Below, piece by piece: positions 18,058 to 26,915 of a stretch of 64,000 nt of DNA. The notes beneath the pieces are model-generated. The model ran no database searches, was not told where the DNA came from, and saw only the letters and a program-made list of their open reading frames with translations. Every line of letters begins with the position of its first letter. The first letter of the stretch is position 1. Origin of the DNA: Myxococcota bacterium (GTDB lineage Bacteria > Myxococcota_A > Bradymonadia > UBA7976 > UBA1532); the NCBI GenBank assembly GCA_036337435.1, contig JAYZEG010000020.1, positions 23,491 through 87,490 of the forward strand. The letters are read 5' to 3'. Position numbers and translations under genes: made by a program.

Positions 18058-18510
18058 GTGATGGTGTCCTTCTGGGCCCGTAATTTTGATGTCGTCTTCG
18101 GTTCCGATTTGACCGTCTGAACCCTTCGAGACCAACTCAAACGGTGCGCCTCCGCTACCCGTATTTGCTTTGTAGATAATTGGATTTCCGAAATCGTCCT
18201 TCGGGGCCCCTTTGCCCTTCAGATAAGGCTTCATCCCATCTGGTGGATTGAGGAGTTTCTTGAGACCATCTCCTGCCGGATATTCACCGTGGTTCACTTT
18301 GTACTGGTTCAAAGCGGTCTTAATGGTTCCCATCTTGAGCTTTGTTGTTTGCACTTTACTGTTTTCGAATTGGTTCATGACGGCAACGACGACCACAGAT
18401 GCCAGCAGCCCGAGGATTGCGATCACGATCATGATCTCGAGCAGCGTCATTCCTTTTTCCAGGGGATTGCGAGTGCGCGCTAATCGTTGCTTTAGGTGAC
18501 CGGGTTTCAT
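17416..18510 (-). CDS. gspG: Major pseudopilin GspG (domain about 18070-18510); no stop before gspH, so the ORF runs to 17416
   Basis: ATG 18510 after AAGGAG; KG|MTLLEIMIVIAILG, ALNQYK...YP, PKDDFGNP..Y, SKGSDGQIGTEDDI. Confidence 0.88.
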   Translation of the reverse strand: MKPGHLKQRLARTRNPLEKGMTLLEIMIVIAILGLLASVVVVAVMNQFENSKVQTTKLKMGTIKTALNQYKVNHGEYPAGDGLKKLLNPPDGMKPYLKGKGAPKDDFGNPIIYKANTGSGGAPFELVSKGSDGQIGTEDDIKITGPEGHHHVRERVRHSKGITLIELLVVLAVLVMLMGVGIAGLDRISGTALRTQTNQLSAAIRHAYNRSVAEGLFVRLVLSPETDQYRVEASSERVFIDIEEDAQDAEDKEKKGRIDAEEEEKPVRKARFEALIPNVAMTRGIEIYGAITSGREDVITSGEIAIHFFPSGFVQPAIIYTTDGDGDYFTLRVNPMTGHVKRLPGRVEPDRGFGQPDRVEDEGR

Positions 18511-18529
18511 ACTGAGACTCCTTTTCGAG

Positions 18530-19756
18530 TTACTGAATAAATTCATTGAGTTGAAGGATGGGCATGAGGACTGCAAAGACGATGATCCCGATGGTCACTC
18601 CCATCCCAACGATCATCACTGGCTCTAGTAAGCTTGTCAGTCCAGAGATTTTGCTATCGACTTGTGATTCATATGTGTCTGAGACAACAGAGAGCATTTC
18701 TTCAAGTGCACCCGAGCGTTCGCCGATGGCGATCATGTGGGTCACAATCGGTGGGAAACGCCCACTGGCTTTGAGCGGGTCGGCTAGATTCGACCCTTCT
18801 TTCACGGCTAGGCGTGCTTGGTCCACGATTTCCATCAAGATCTGATTGCCAAGCACATTCTTGGTGATCTCCATCGCCTTGAGCAGGGGCACGCCCGACC
18901 GAAGTAAAGTGGCGAGGGTTCGGGTGAAGCGTGAGATGCCAATCATCATAATCAAATGGCCAAACACCGGTATGCTCAATTTACTCTTGTCCCAGCGGTA
19001 ACTGCCGGACTCAGTTTTCTTCCATTTTCTAAATAACCAGAAGATGAGGCCTGCCAGCAAAAACATGAGCCAATAGTATTGACGCAAGACGGAGCTAAAA
19101 CCGATGAGTAGATTGGTAATCCAAGGCAATTCTTGCCCACTGTCCTCGAAGATTTGAGTGATTTGAGGAATCACATAGACGAAGAGAGCGGATAGGATAA
19201 GGCCCCCGAGGCCGACCATAATGATCGGGTAGAGCATGGCACTCTGTACTTTAGCCTTTAGTTTAACGGCATTCTCGGTGAACTCAGCGAGGCGCGTAAG
19301 CACTTGGTCCAAGGTGCCTGATGCTTCGCCCGCCCGTATCATGTTCGGAAAAATTGGGCTGAAGACCGCTGGGTGCTGTTCCATCGCTCCAGCCAGACTT
19401 GATCCTTCGCTCACATCTTGGCGAACTTTTGCAAGCACGCGTCTGAGTTTTTTCTTCTCTGTTTGATCGACCGTCGCGCTGATGGCTTCGACGAGTGGGA
19501 TCCCTGCTTTGGTGAGTGTCGCGAGCTGGCGGGTAAAGAGTGCGATATCACTTTGAGAAACCCGTTCAAAGTACTGCTCTAAATCGACCTCCGTCGCCAG
19601 CAAGCTTTGACTTTTTTTCGGACCCTTACCAACCCGGGTCAGAAAGATTCCCTCGCGCTTGAGTCCTGCGCGAAGTGCTTTCTCATTATCGGCATCTCTC
19701 ACACCGACAACTTCTTTCCCGGCCTTATTTAGGCCCCTGAACTCAAAGGCAGGCAC
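18530..19756 (-). CDS. gspF: Type II secretion inner-membrane platform GspF
   Basis: FTRQLATLTKAGIPL, AGEASGTLDQVL, AMLYP, GERSGALEEML, LLEPVMIV. Confidence 0.96.
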   Translation of the reverse strand: MPAFEFRGLNKAGKEVVGVRDADNEKALRAGLKREGIFLTRVGKGPKKSQSLLATEVDLEQYFERVSQSDIALFTRQLATLTKAGIPLVEAISATVDQTEKKKLRRVLAKVRQDVSEGSSLAGAMEQHPAVFSPIFPNMIRAGEASGTLDQVLTRLAEFTENAVKLKAKVQSAMLYPIIMVGLGGLILSALFVYVIPQITQIFEDSGQELPWITNLLIGFSSVLRQYYWLMFLLAGLIFWLFRKWKKTESGSYRWDKSKLSIPVFGHLIMMIGISRFTRTLATLLRSGVPLLKAMEITKNVLGNQILMEIVDQARLAVKEGSNLADPLKASGRFPPIVTHMIAIGERSGALEEMLSVVSDTYESQVDSKISGLTSLLEPVMIVGMGVTIGIIVFAVLMPILQLNEFIQ

Positions 19757-19771
19757 ATTAAACCCCTAATC

Positions 19772-21493
19772 TCAGTCTAGATTGAGCAAGTCGTCTTGCG
19801 TGACACGCAACACTTCAGCGATGGTTGTTTCACCCAGCATCACCTTTCTCGCGCCATCATCTCTGAGGGTCCGCATCCCATGTTTCATGGCTTCCTTTTT
19901 TAAGGTCGCGCTGTCGACGTTCTGCATAATTAATTGCCGGATATCATCGTTGACAACCAGCAATTCGTAGATACCTGTTCGACCGCTGAATCCGCTGTCG
20001 AGGCACTCTTGGCAGCCGACACTTTGGTACACATGTCCAGGACTTTCCTTCATAAATCGCTCGCGAGTATACCCAAGCTGGATCAGTTCCGCTTCGGTCG
20101 GAACGACAGGGGTTTTGCAGCTCTGACAGAGCCGACGAACCAAGCGTTGTGCCATCATCCCGTTGACGGAAGATGAGACCAAGAAAGGCTCGACGCCCAT
20201 GTCGACAAGTCGAGTCACGGCACTGGCTGCATCATTTGTATGAAGCGTACTGAAGACCAAGTGACCTGTCAGCGATGCCTGAATTGCAATTTCAGCGGTT
20301 TCACCATCACGAATCTCACCAACCATGACGACATCAGGGTCTTGTCTCAGAATCGAACGAAGTCCAGACGCGAAGGTCAGTCCAACTTTACTGTTGACCT
20401 GTATTTGGCCTATTCCATTCAGTTGATACTCCACGGGATCTTCAACTGTGATGATCTTTCTAGTTGGACTATTAATCTTGGCTAAGCAGGCATAGAGCGT
20501 TGTGGTTTTCCCGCTGCCCGTCGGTCCGGTCACGAGAATGATCCCGTGTGAGCGTCCAAGCAACTCGTTGATGTCCGTGAGCACGGTCGAGCCCATTCCG
20601 ATATGGCCAAGGTCTTGGAGGACCGCCGACTTGTCGAGTAGACGCATGACGAGTCGCTCGCCATGACTGGTCGGTACCGTAGACAGTCGAATGTCGATGT
20701 CTTTGCCGGCGACCTTAATCTTGATTCGCCCATCCTGTGGAATTCGTTTTTCTGCGATGTCCAGTCCACTCATCACCTTGAGGCGGCTACAGATTGACGC
20801 ATGAAATCGCTTTGGCGGTTGTAGAACCTCTGACAGGACACCGTCGACTCGAAAACGGACTGCGATGTGCCGGTCGAAAGGCTCGATATGAATATCACTG
20901 GCGCGAGCTTTGACGGCCTGATTTAGAATCGCGTTGACCAACCTGATGATGGGTGCCTCATCATCGGCATCGATGATGTCGATATCGATTTGGTCAATGC
21001 CTTCAGCACCGCTGATAACCTGCTCATCTGCGATATCTGACATGACTTGGTCTGCGGCTGCACGTCGGTCGAATACTTTGTTAATCGCATCGAGCATTGT
21101 CTGCTCTGGGACAACGACGGGAATGACCGGTTGGCGCAGGGCGATTCTAACGGCATCTAAACTCGCTAAGTCGAGTGGGTCTGCCAACCCGACTGTGACG
21201 AGGTTTTCATGTTGCCAAAGAGGCAGGATTAATTTACTGCGTGCAAATGAGACCGGTAGGCTGTCAGACAATTCGAAGTCCACGCTTTCGATATCGAGCT
21301 CCTCCCGCCATTCGAGACCCAGACTCAGGGATGTTGCCTTCGCAACGTCGTTGGTATCGACCATCTGCAAGTGCAGCATTGCATCCGTGAGCGCGATCCC
21401 GCGCTCAGCGGCGATCTCTTGAGCGGTTTCAATCTGGTCGAAGCTGATTCGCCCAGAGTCGACCAAATGTTCGACGAGCCTTCTTTCAAACAT
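19772..21493 (-). CDS. gspE: Type II secretion ATPase GspE
   Basis: ASDIHIEP, GPTGSGKTTT, TVEDPVE, LRQDPDVVMVGEIRD, TGHLVFSTLHTN, CxxC..CxxC. Confidence 0.97.
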   Translation of the reverse strand: MFERRLVEHLVDSGRISFDQIETAQEIAAERGIALTDAMLHLQMVDTNDVAKATSLSLGLEWREELDIESVDFELSDSLPVSFARSKLILPLWQHENLVTVGLADPLDLASLDAVRIALRQPVIPVVVPEQTMLDAINKVFDRRAAADQVMSDIADEQVISGAEGIDQIDIDIIDADDEAPIIRLVNAILNQAVKARASDIHIEPFDRHIAVRFRVDGVLSEVLQPPKRFHASICSRLKVMSGLDIAEKRIPQDGRIKIKVAGKDIDIRLSTVPTSHGERLVMRLLDKSAVLQDLGHIGMGSTVLTDINELLGRSHGIILVTGPTGSGKTTTLYACLAKINSPTRKIITVEDPVEYQLNGIGQIQVNSKVGLTFASGLRSILRQDPDVVMVGEIRDGETAEIAIQASLTGHLVFSTLHTNDAASAVTRLVDMGVEPFLVSSSVNGMMAQRLVRRLCQSCKTPVVPTEAELIQLGYTRERFMKESPGHVYQSVGCQECLDSGFSGRTGIYELLVVNDDIRQLIMQNVDSATLKKEAMKHGMRTLRDDGARKVMLGETTIAEVLRVTQDDLLNLD

Positions 21494-21495
21494 TC

Positions 21496-24189
21496 CTATT
21501 CTGCTCCATCGATCATCGAATCAGCAGCTAATTCATCGCTGTCGAGTTCATCTGGACGAACCTGTGCACTGTCATCATCGTCATCGATCCCATCGGTATC
21601 TTGGGGAAGGGGAGGCCCTTTTTCTTGACGTCGAATTTCCTCGAGGAGCTCCTGTTCTTTCCTAATTTCCCGAATCGTCTGTCGTATAGACTCCAAAACG
21701 CCGTGTTTTTTGCGATAGTCGATATTCAGAACCAGCTTATCGCCCTTTTTATGGAACCGGGCCGCAAACTCTCTGTGCTCTTCCAACTTGCGTTTCATGA
21801 TGGTCTTAAAGTCGTTTGGACCTTCGATGACGTAGGGCGTCAACATCAGGAGTAAGTTCACTCGCTCACGCTTTTTTGTAGAGCTTCTGAACAGGTACCC
21901 AATAATGGGAATCTCTCCGAGGAAGGGGAACGCGGTTTTGCTGTTACTTTGCTTGCTCTTCTGAAGCCCGCCTATGACAACCGTGTTTTGATCTTTGACG
22001 ACAACGGTGCTTTTCACGCTCCGCTTTGATGTAGTTGGACCGAGGCGTTCGTCGAATCTCGATATTTCTTCGACCACTTGGTCGATTTCCAGAGTCACGA
22101 AACTGGCTGCGTTGATCCGTGGCGTAATCTTGAGCGTCAGGGCCACGTCTTGCCGCTGGACATTGACCGTTGGTAGAAGACCAAGGCCGCCTGTCAGACC
22201 ACCGGCACCGCCGGCCAGACCACCGCCTCCGCCGCCAACAAAACCGCTTACAAAAGGCACGTTGTCACCAACCACGATCTCTGCTTGCTCATTATCCGTC
22301 GTCAAAATGTGAGGCGTGCTGAGTACGTTCACGTCATTGTTCGTTGCGAGGGCTCTCATGACCGCGCCAAAAGACGGTAGACTCACTCCAGAAATTTCAA
22401 TTGGCGGCCCCTGCACGGCCAATCCGGTCAATGAAGCGGCACTGGTCAAATCCAAGATGCTGCCACCTTTAGGACCTGGATTGCCGAACACGACCAGTCC
22501 TTTCTTATCGCCTGAGAATTCAGGGTCGTAGCCAATATGACTGGAAATTCCGAATTCTCTATTATTCTCAACGGCCACTTCCATGACGACAGCTTCGATG
22601 AAAACCTGGCGCCTGGGTCGATCGAGTACGTCGATGACCTTCTTTAACGATAGGTAATCCTTCAGGCTCGCTGTAATCACTAACGAGTTTGTGTCTTCAT
22701 CTGCAGTCACATTGACCTCGCCTTCGAAAAGGGCTGCAGACGATGTTGTTGATGATGAACTCCGTTTGGATGATTTCTTTTTACTCGAGCGTTTCTTACG
22801 CGTCCGTCGGCTTGAGCTGCTGCGTTGGTTACTGCTCAGATTACCCAGCACTGTAGAAATGTCAGCGGCCTTGGCATGGTTGAGTTGATGGATATGGACT
22901 TGGCCATCTCCTTCGACTGCAATATCCAGACGCTTGATGAGCTTCTTGACGCGCTTGTAAGACCGTCTTGTCGCCACAATTAAAAGGCGGTTGGTCCGCT
23001 CATCCGCAATCACTTTGCTCACTCTTGCATCGAGTTCAGATTCACCAACGCTGGTGGATTCAGCTCGTTTTGACCCTTTGCCGCGACGTCGTTTCTTTGA
23101 CGAGCTACGCTTCCGGCTGCTTTTGCTCGATGACTTCGAGTCTTGCTTCTCAAAGACTTCCAGAATTTTTTGGGCTATCTCACTGGCCTCAGCATTGACG
23201 ACCTGGTACATCCACAACTCTTCTGAGCCGCCGGGTTGGTCGAGTTCTTTTATCAAGACTTTGAGCTTTCGTAGGTTGCTCCCCGTCTCCGTGATGATGA
23301 GTGAATTGTTCGGCTGATAGACAATAAACTGGGCGTTGGCCGTCGCCAGCTTGCTAATCACCTCGTTAATCTCGCCGGCATCTACGTGTCTGAGTGTGAC
23401 GATTTGCGTCACCATACGGTCTTCGCTCGGTGGGGTCGAACCGGGCGGTAGCAGTGGGTCAGAGGCCCGTGCAAAGTCTTTGATGTCAATGATTCTTAGA
23501 AATTTCCCCTGCCTTGATATGGTCAGCCCATTGGTTTCCAAAGCAGTCAAGAAAGCCCGGTAGGCCTCTTGCTTTGTCACTTTCTGAGGTGCCCAAATGG
23601 TGATTTTCTTTCCCTTGATGGATTTGGGCAGGATGATGTTTTGTTGAGTCAAGCAGCCGATGAGCCAAACAACATCGGCTATGTCGTGTTCGTAGATGTC
23701 CAATGTGAACTTGGCGTCGTTGGGGAGGTCGGGGACAACAGACTGACATTTTTCAACGAAATCTTTGCTGAGGGTTCTATCCTCTTTATCTTTCTTCTTG
23801 TCTTTCAAACCCGCCTTCCAAGACGGAGGTAGACTGTCTTTTTCTGGTTGGCTTGCCGTCGTATCTTCTGTCTTGGGCACAGCCGGCGTCTTGATGGGTT
23901 TTGCAGGCGGCTTCTGGGCGGCACCACTTGGCGCGACCGGCTTCGGCTTTACCATCTTAGGCGTGAGCGCAGGCAGTTTTTTGAATGAAGTCGGTTTTTC
24001 CTTTAGAACCTGCTTGTTCACCCGCTTCGGTTCAGTCAGCTTGGTCGTTTTTAAGAGCTTGAGCTTACTGGGTTTGACCCCTTTGGTCTTTTCGACGGGT
24101 TCAGCTGCTGGATCTTGTGCACTTGCAAGGGATGTAACCAAGCAACAGGACAAGAAGGCGGTCATAGTCAGACGTCCGATGTTCTTCAT
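21496..24189 (-). CDS. gspD: Type II secretion secretin GspD
   Basis: Signal peptide, N-domains (ADERTNRLL, ADEDTNSL), QVFIEAVVMEV, LSTPHILTTDN, PFLGEIPIIGYLF. Confidence 0.96.
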   Translation of the reverse strand: MKNIGRLTMTAFLSCCLVTSLASAQDPAAEPVEKTKGVKPSKLKLLKTTKLTEPKRVNKQVLKEKPTSFKKLPALTPKMVKPKPVAPSGAAQKPPAKPIKTPAVPKTEDTTASQPEKDSLPPSWKAGLKDKKKDKEDRTLSKDFVEKCQSVVPDLPNDAKFTLDIYEHDIADVVWLIGCLTQQNIILPKSIKGKKITIWAPQKVTKQEAYRAFLTALETNGLTISRQGKFLRIIDIKDFARASDPLLPPGSTPPSEDRMVTQIVTLRHVDAGEINEVISKLATANAQFIVYQPNNSLIITETGSNLRKLKVLIKELDQPGGSEELWMYQVVNAEASEIAQKILEVFEKQDSKSSSKSSRKRSSSKKRRRGKGSKRAESTSVGESELDARVSKVIADERTNRLLIVATRRSYKRVKKLIKRLDIAVEGDGQVHIHQLNHAKAADISTVLGNLSSNQRSSSSRRTRKKRSSKKKSSKRSSSSTTSSAALFEGEVNVTADEDTNSLVITASLKDYLSLKKVIDVLDRPRRQVFIEAVVMEVAVENNREFGISSHIGYDPEFSGDKKGLVVFGNPGPKGGSILDLTSAASLTGLAVQGPPIEISGVSLPSFGAVMRALATNNDVNVLSTPHILTTDNEQAEIVVGDNVPFVSGFVGGGGGGLAGGAGGLTGGLGLLPTVNVQRQDVALTLKITPRINAASFVTLEIDQVVEEISRFDERLGPTTSKRSVKSTVVVKDQNTVVIGGLQKSKQSNSKTAFPFLGEIPIIGYLFRSSTKKRERVNLLLMLTPYVIEGPNDFKTIMKRKLEEHREFAARFHKKGDKLVLNIDYRKKHGVLESIRQTIREIRKEQELLEEIRRQEKGPPLPQDTDGIDDDDDSAQVRPDELDSDELAADSMIDGAE

Positions 24190-25172
24190 TTGATGATGTA
24201 CTCGTATGTCGTTTTCCGGCCGCGTCGCTCTAAATCGACAGTGACGCTTTCGGAGGATTTCAATTTCTCAAATAACTCTAATGCTTTAGTCGGGCTGGTG
24301 ATGCCTTCGCCATTCACAGATTTTAGGATATCTCCGGACCGCACACCGATGTGGCTGTACAAGCTTCCCGGTCGTACACCGACGAGCTTAAAGCCTTTCG
24401 GTTTACCTCCACGGTAATGTGGAATTACTCGTGCTTGGCGGCTGAGTTTACCGAGATCTTCGAGTTGCTCATTGAGCATGTCTCGATCGACCTGGTAGGT
24501 GTTCTTACCCACCTTCTTGATGCCTGCCTTGATTTTCTCGGAGTCGTTCTTACCACCGTTCTTGCTGTAATTTGACCCCGATTTATAGGTCGACCGACCG
24601 GGTTTATAGCGGCTGGACTTTGCCTTCTTCGATGCGATCCGTTTGCTTTTCACGCATTTGAATTTGTTGGCTTCAGCGACAATAAGCCGTTCTCGTTGAA
24701 TCGCGACGAGTTCGTGGTTACCAACCATATCGCCCACGCGAAGCATGCGTGCCTTCCCGTTCTCGGTCACCGTTGCTGTCGACCATGTGGCAGGCTCTGC
24801 GACCAGTGTGGCGTTCAATTTTACGGTGGATTCTTCCCACTCATTACACTCTTCCCCGGGCCCTGGAATCTTTTCTGGGTCTAGTGCTTCCTCCACCTTT
24901 TCGGGTTTCTCATCCTCCGGCACTTCTTCGACCGGCTCAGGTGGGTTCGCGTTGAACAGATTGCGATCTCTAATCAACTCACCCCAGCCCAACGCCATGC
25001 CCTTGATCGTCGATTTTTGTTTCACTTTTGCCTCGGGCGCTTTGCGCTTCGGCTCGACACTCACCAGTTGCTCAGCGATCAGATTGTTGGCAACTCGAGC
25101 CGAGAGGAAGGCAAGGCCCGTTAGGAGCACCAAATTGACGATCCAAAAATATCTTTTAGCAGCACTTTCCAT
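24186..25172 (-). CDS. gspC: Type II secretion protein GspC with C-terminal PDZ
   Basis: Probable start MESAAKRYFW; TM; RNLFN; ARVIPHY, GFKLVGVRPGSLYSHIGVRSGDILKSVNG. Confidence 0.92.
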   Translation of the reverse strand: MESAAKRYFWIVNLVLLTGLAFLSARVANNLIAEQLVSVEPKRKAPEAKVKQKSTIKGMALGWGELIRDRNLFNANPPEPVEEVPEDEKPEKVEEALDPEKIPGPGEECNEWEESTVKLNATLVAEPATWSTATVTENGKARMLRVGDMVGNHELVAIQRERLIVAEANKFKCVKSKRIASKKAKSSRYKPGRSTYKSGSNYSKNGGKNDSEKIKAGIKKVGKNTYQVDRDMLNEQLEDLGKLSRQARVIPHYRGGKPKGFKLVGVRPGSLYSHIGVRSGDILKSVNGEGITSPTKALELFEKLKSSESVTVDLERRGRKTTYEYIIK

Positions 25173-25257
25173 CGTTAAGCTAAGGGTCCTTTGGCTACAG
25201 CTGGTGTTGAGGGAGACTGGGTCGAGATGTGACTCGCCTGCTCGCCGCAACCCAGTC

Positions 25258-25275
25258 CTACAAGAATCGTGCCGG
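25258..25275 (-). promoter_or_regulatory. Candidate sigma-54 (-24/-12) promoter for the gsp operon
   Basis: Minus strand CCGGCACGATTCTTGTAG versus consensus TGGCACG-N4-TTGC: correct spacing, -12 reads GT instead of GC; about 85 nt before gspC. Confidence 0.5.
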
Positions 25276-25342
25276 TTACCTGTGTCGATTAAAACGAGCC
25301 TGGTAGCCGCAGAGCAATAGGGGAAACGTTCGTCGTATCGTG

Positions 25343-25394
25343 TGCCAATTTGTCAAAAGGGGTACGAATACTGGCTCAGGATGTCAAAATGGCA
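25343..25394. promoter_or_regulatory. Pair of TGNCA-N3-TGNCA dyads, candidate enhancer (UAS) sites
   Basis: TGCCAATTTGTCA at 25343-25355 and TGTCAAAATGGCA at 25382-25394, 70-120 bp upstream of the sigma-54 motif. Confidence 0.45.
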
Positions 25395-25402
25395 TTCTGA
25401 CC

Positions 25403-26752
25403 TTAGTTGTCTAGTTTGCGGTAGATGGTTCGGGTTGCAATGCCGAGGAGTTGGGCGGTGCGTTTCTTGTCGCCACCGGTAAACAAAAGCGTCTCGCGGA
25501 TCACGCGTCTTTCGATTTCATCGAGGGGGGTTCCGATGGGAATGGTCAGGATTTCAGCATCCCGAATCTCATCGTTAATTGTTGCAGGCATATCCGACTC
25601 ATCCAAGACGGCACTTTTGGCGAGTACAACGGCGCGCTCGATGGTATTCTGAAGCTCACGAACATTGCCCGGCCACGAATAATCAGTGAGCTTCTGTAGG
25701 GCACTTGGCGAGATCCCATCAATGACCTTTTGATTTTTTTCTGCATAGAGACGGACAAAATAATCTGCGAGGAGCGGGACATCATCTCGGCGAGCTCGCA
25801 GCGGTGGAACCGTGATTGGAATGACATTGAGACGGTAGAAGAGGTCCTCTCTGAAGTCGCCACTTTTCACCGCCGCCTCGAGGTCTCGATTGGTTGCAGC
25901 GATGATTCGGCAATCGGTAAAAAGGGTCTCTTGACCACCCACCCGTTCATAATCTCCCGATTGCAGAACCCTGAGCAATTTGACTTGGATTTGGGGTGAG
26001 AGTTCACCCACCTCATCGAGAAAGATCGTACCTTGGTGGGCTCGTGTGAAACGGCCATCACGCTGCATGTGTGCGCCCGTGAAAGCACCTTTCTCTGAAC
26101 CGAAAAGCTCTGCTTCAATGACGGATTCTGGAAGGGCACTGCAATTAACAGTGACCAATGGCTGGCCTGCTCTTGGAGAGAGTCGGTGAACGGCACGAGC
26201 AAATAATTCTTTCCCTGTCCCACTCTCGCCCATGAGGAGGACGGTTGCCGATGATGGTGCTGCTTGTTTTGCTGTGTCTAAAACATGGCGTAAAGCCGGT
26301 GCATTGCCGATGATCAAGTCGCCGTGACGTTGTTGGTTTCGCGCATCGGCTAATTGGGCTTTTAGGGATTTGTTTTCGGCAATTAGAGTCAGCTTTTCGA
26401 TGGCTCGAGTGACTGTGCGCTCGATCTCCGCTCGCCTGAAGGGTTTGGTCACGAAATCGTAGGCTCCCTCGCGCATGGCTTCGACAGCACGTTCGATGGT
26501 GCCATATGCGGTCATCAGAACGACTTCGGTATCTGGGGATATCGCTTTGGTGTTCTTGAGTAGCTCAACGCCGCTCATATTCGGCATCATGAGGTCTGTA
26601 AGAATGACACCCACGTTTTTTTTACGCAACGTCGATAAGGCCTCTTGCCCGTTGGTTGCCGCAAGCGTTCGGATCTCCAGTTTTTCAAAAATTTTGACGA
26701 GACTCGCTAGATTTGACGTGTCGTCATCTACGACCAGTAATGTTGGTTGCAT
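25403..26752 (-). CDS. Sigma-54-dependent response regulator (REC-AAA+-Fis HTH, NtrC family)
   Basis: VVDDD, TDLMMP, GESGTGKE, ELFGSEKGAFTGA, FREDLFYRLNV, WPGNVRELQN, HTH. Confidence 0.96.
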   Translation of the reverse strand: MQPTLLVVDDDTSNLASLVKIFEKLEIRTLAATNGQEALSTLRKKNVGVILTDLMMPNMSGVELLKNTKAISPDTEVVLMTAYGTIERAVEAMREGAYDFVTKPFRRAEIERTVTRAIEKLTLIAENKSLKAQLADARNQQRHGDLIIGNAPALRHVLDTAKQAAPSSATVLLMGESGTGKELFARAVHRLSPRAGQPLVTVNCSALPESVIEAELFGSEKGAFTGAHMQRDGRFTRAHQGTIFLDEVGELSPQIQVKLLRVLQSGDYERVGGQETLFTDCRIIAATNRDLEAAVKSGDFREDLFYRLNVIPITVPPLRARRDDVPLLADYFVRLYAEKNQKVIDGISPSALQKLTDYSWPGNVRELQNTIERAVVLAKSAVLDESDMPATINDEIRDAEILTIPIGTPLDEIERRVIRETLLFTGGDKKRTAQLLGIATRTIYRKLDN

Positions 26753-26915
26753 CGTCCATTCCTGACATTGGAACTCATCTCCTTGTTAACAGGTTGTTCC
26801 ACGTTCAACAACGGTGCCGTCGTCTCGCCCTTACACAGTGTTTTTCGAGTCAGCGTTCCCTGCCCGATTCTTGGTCGATGAGATGGTGAGAAAACCGGTC
26901 GGCACCAACGCCCAC

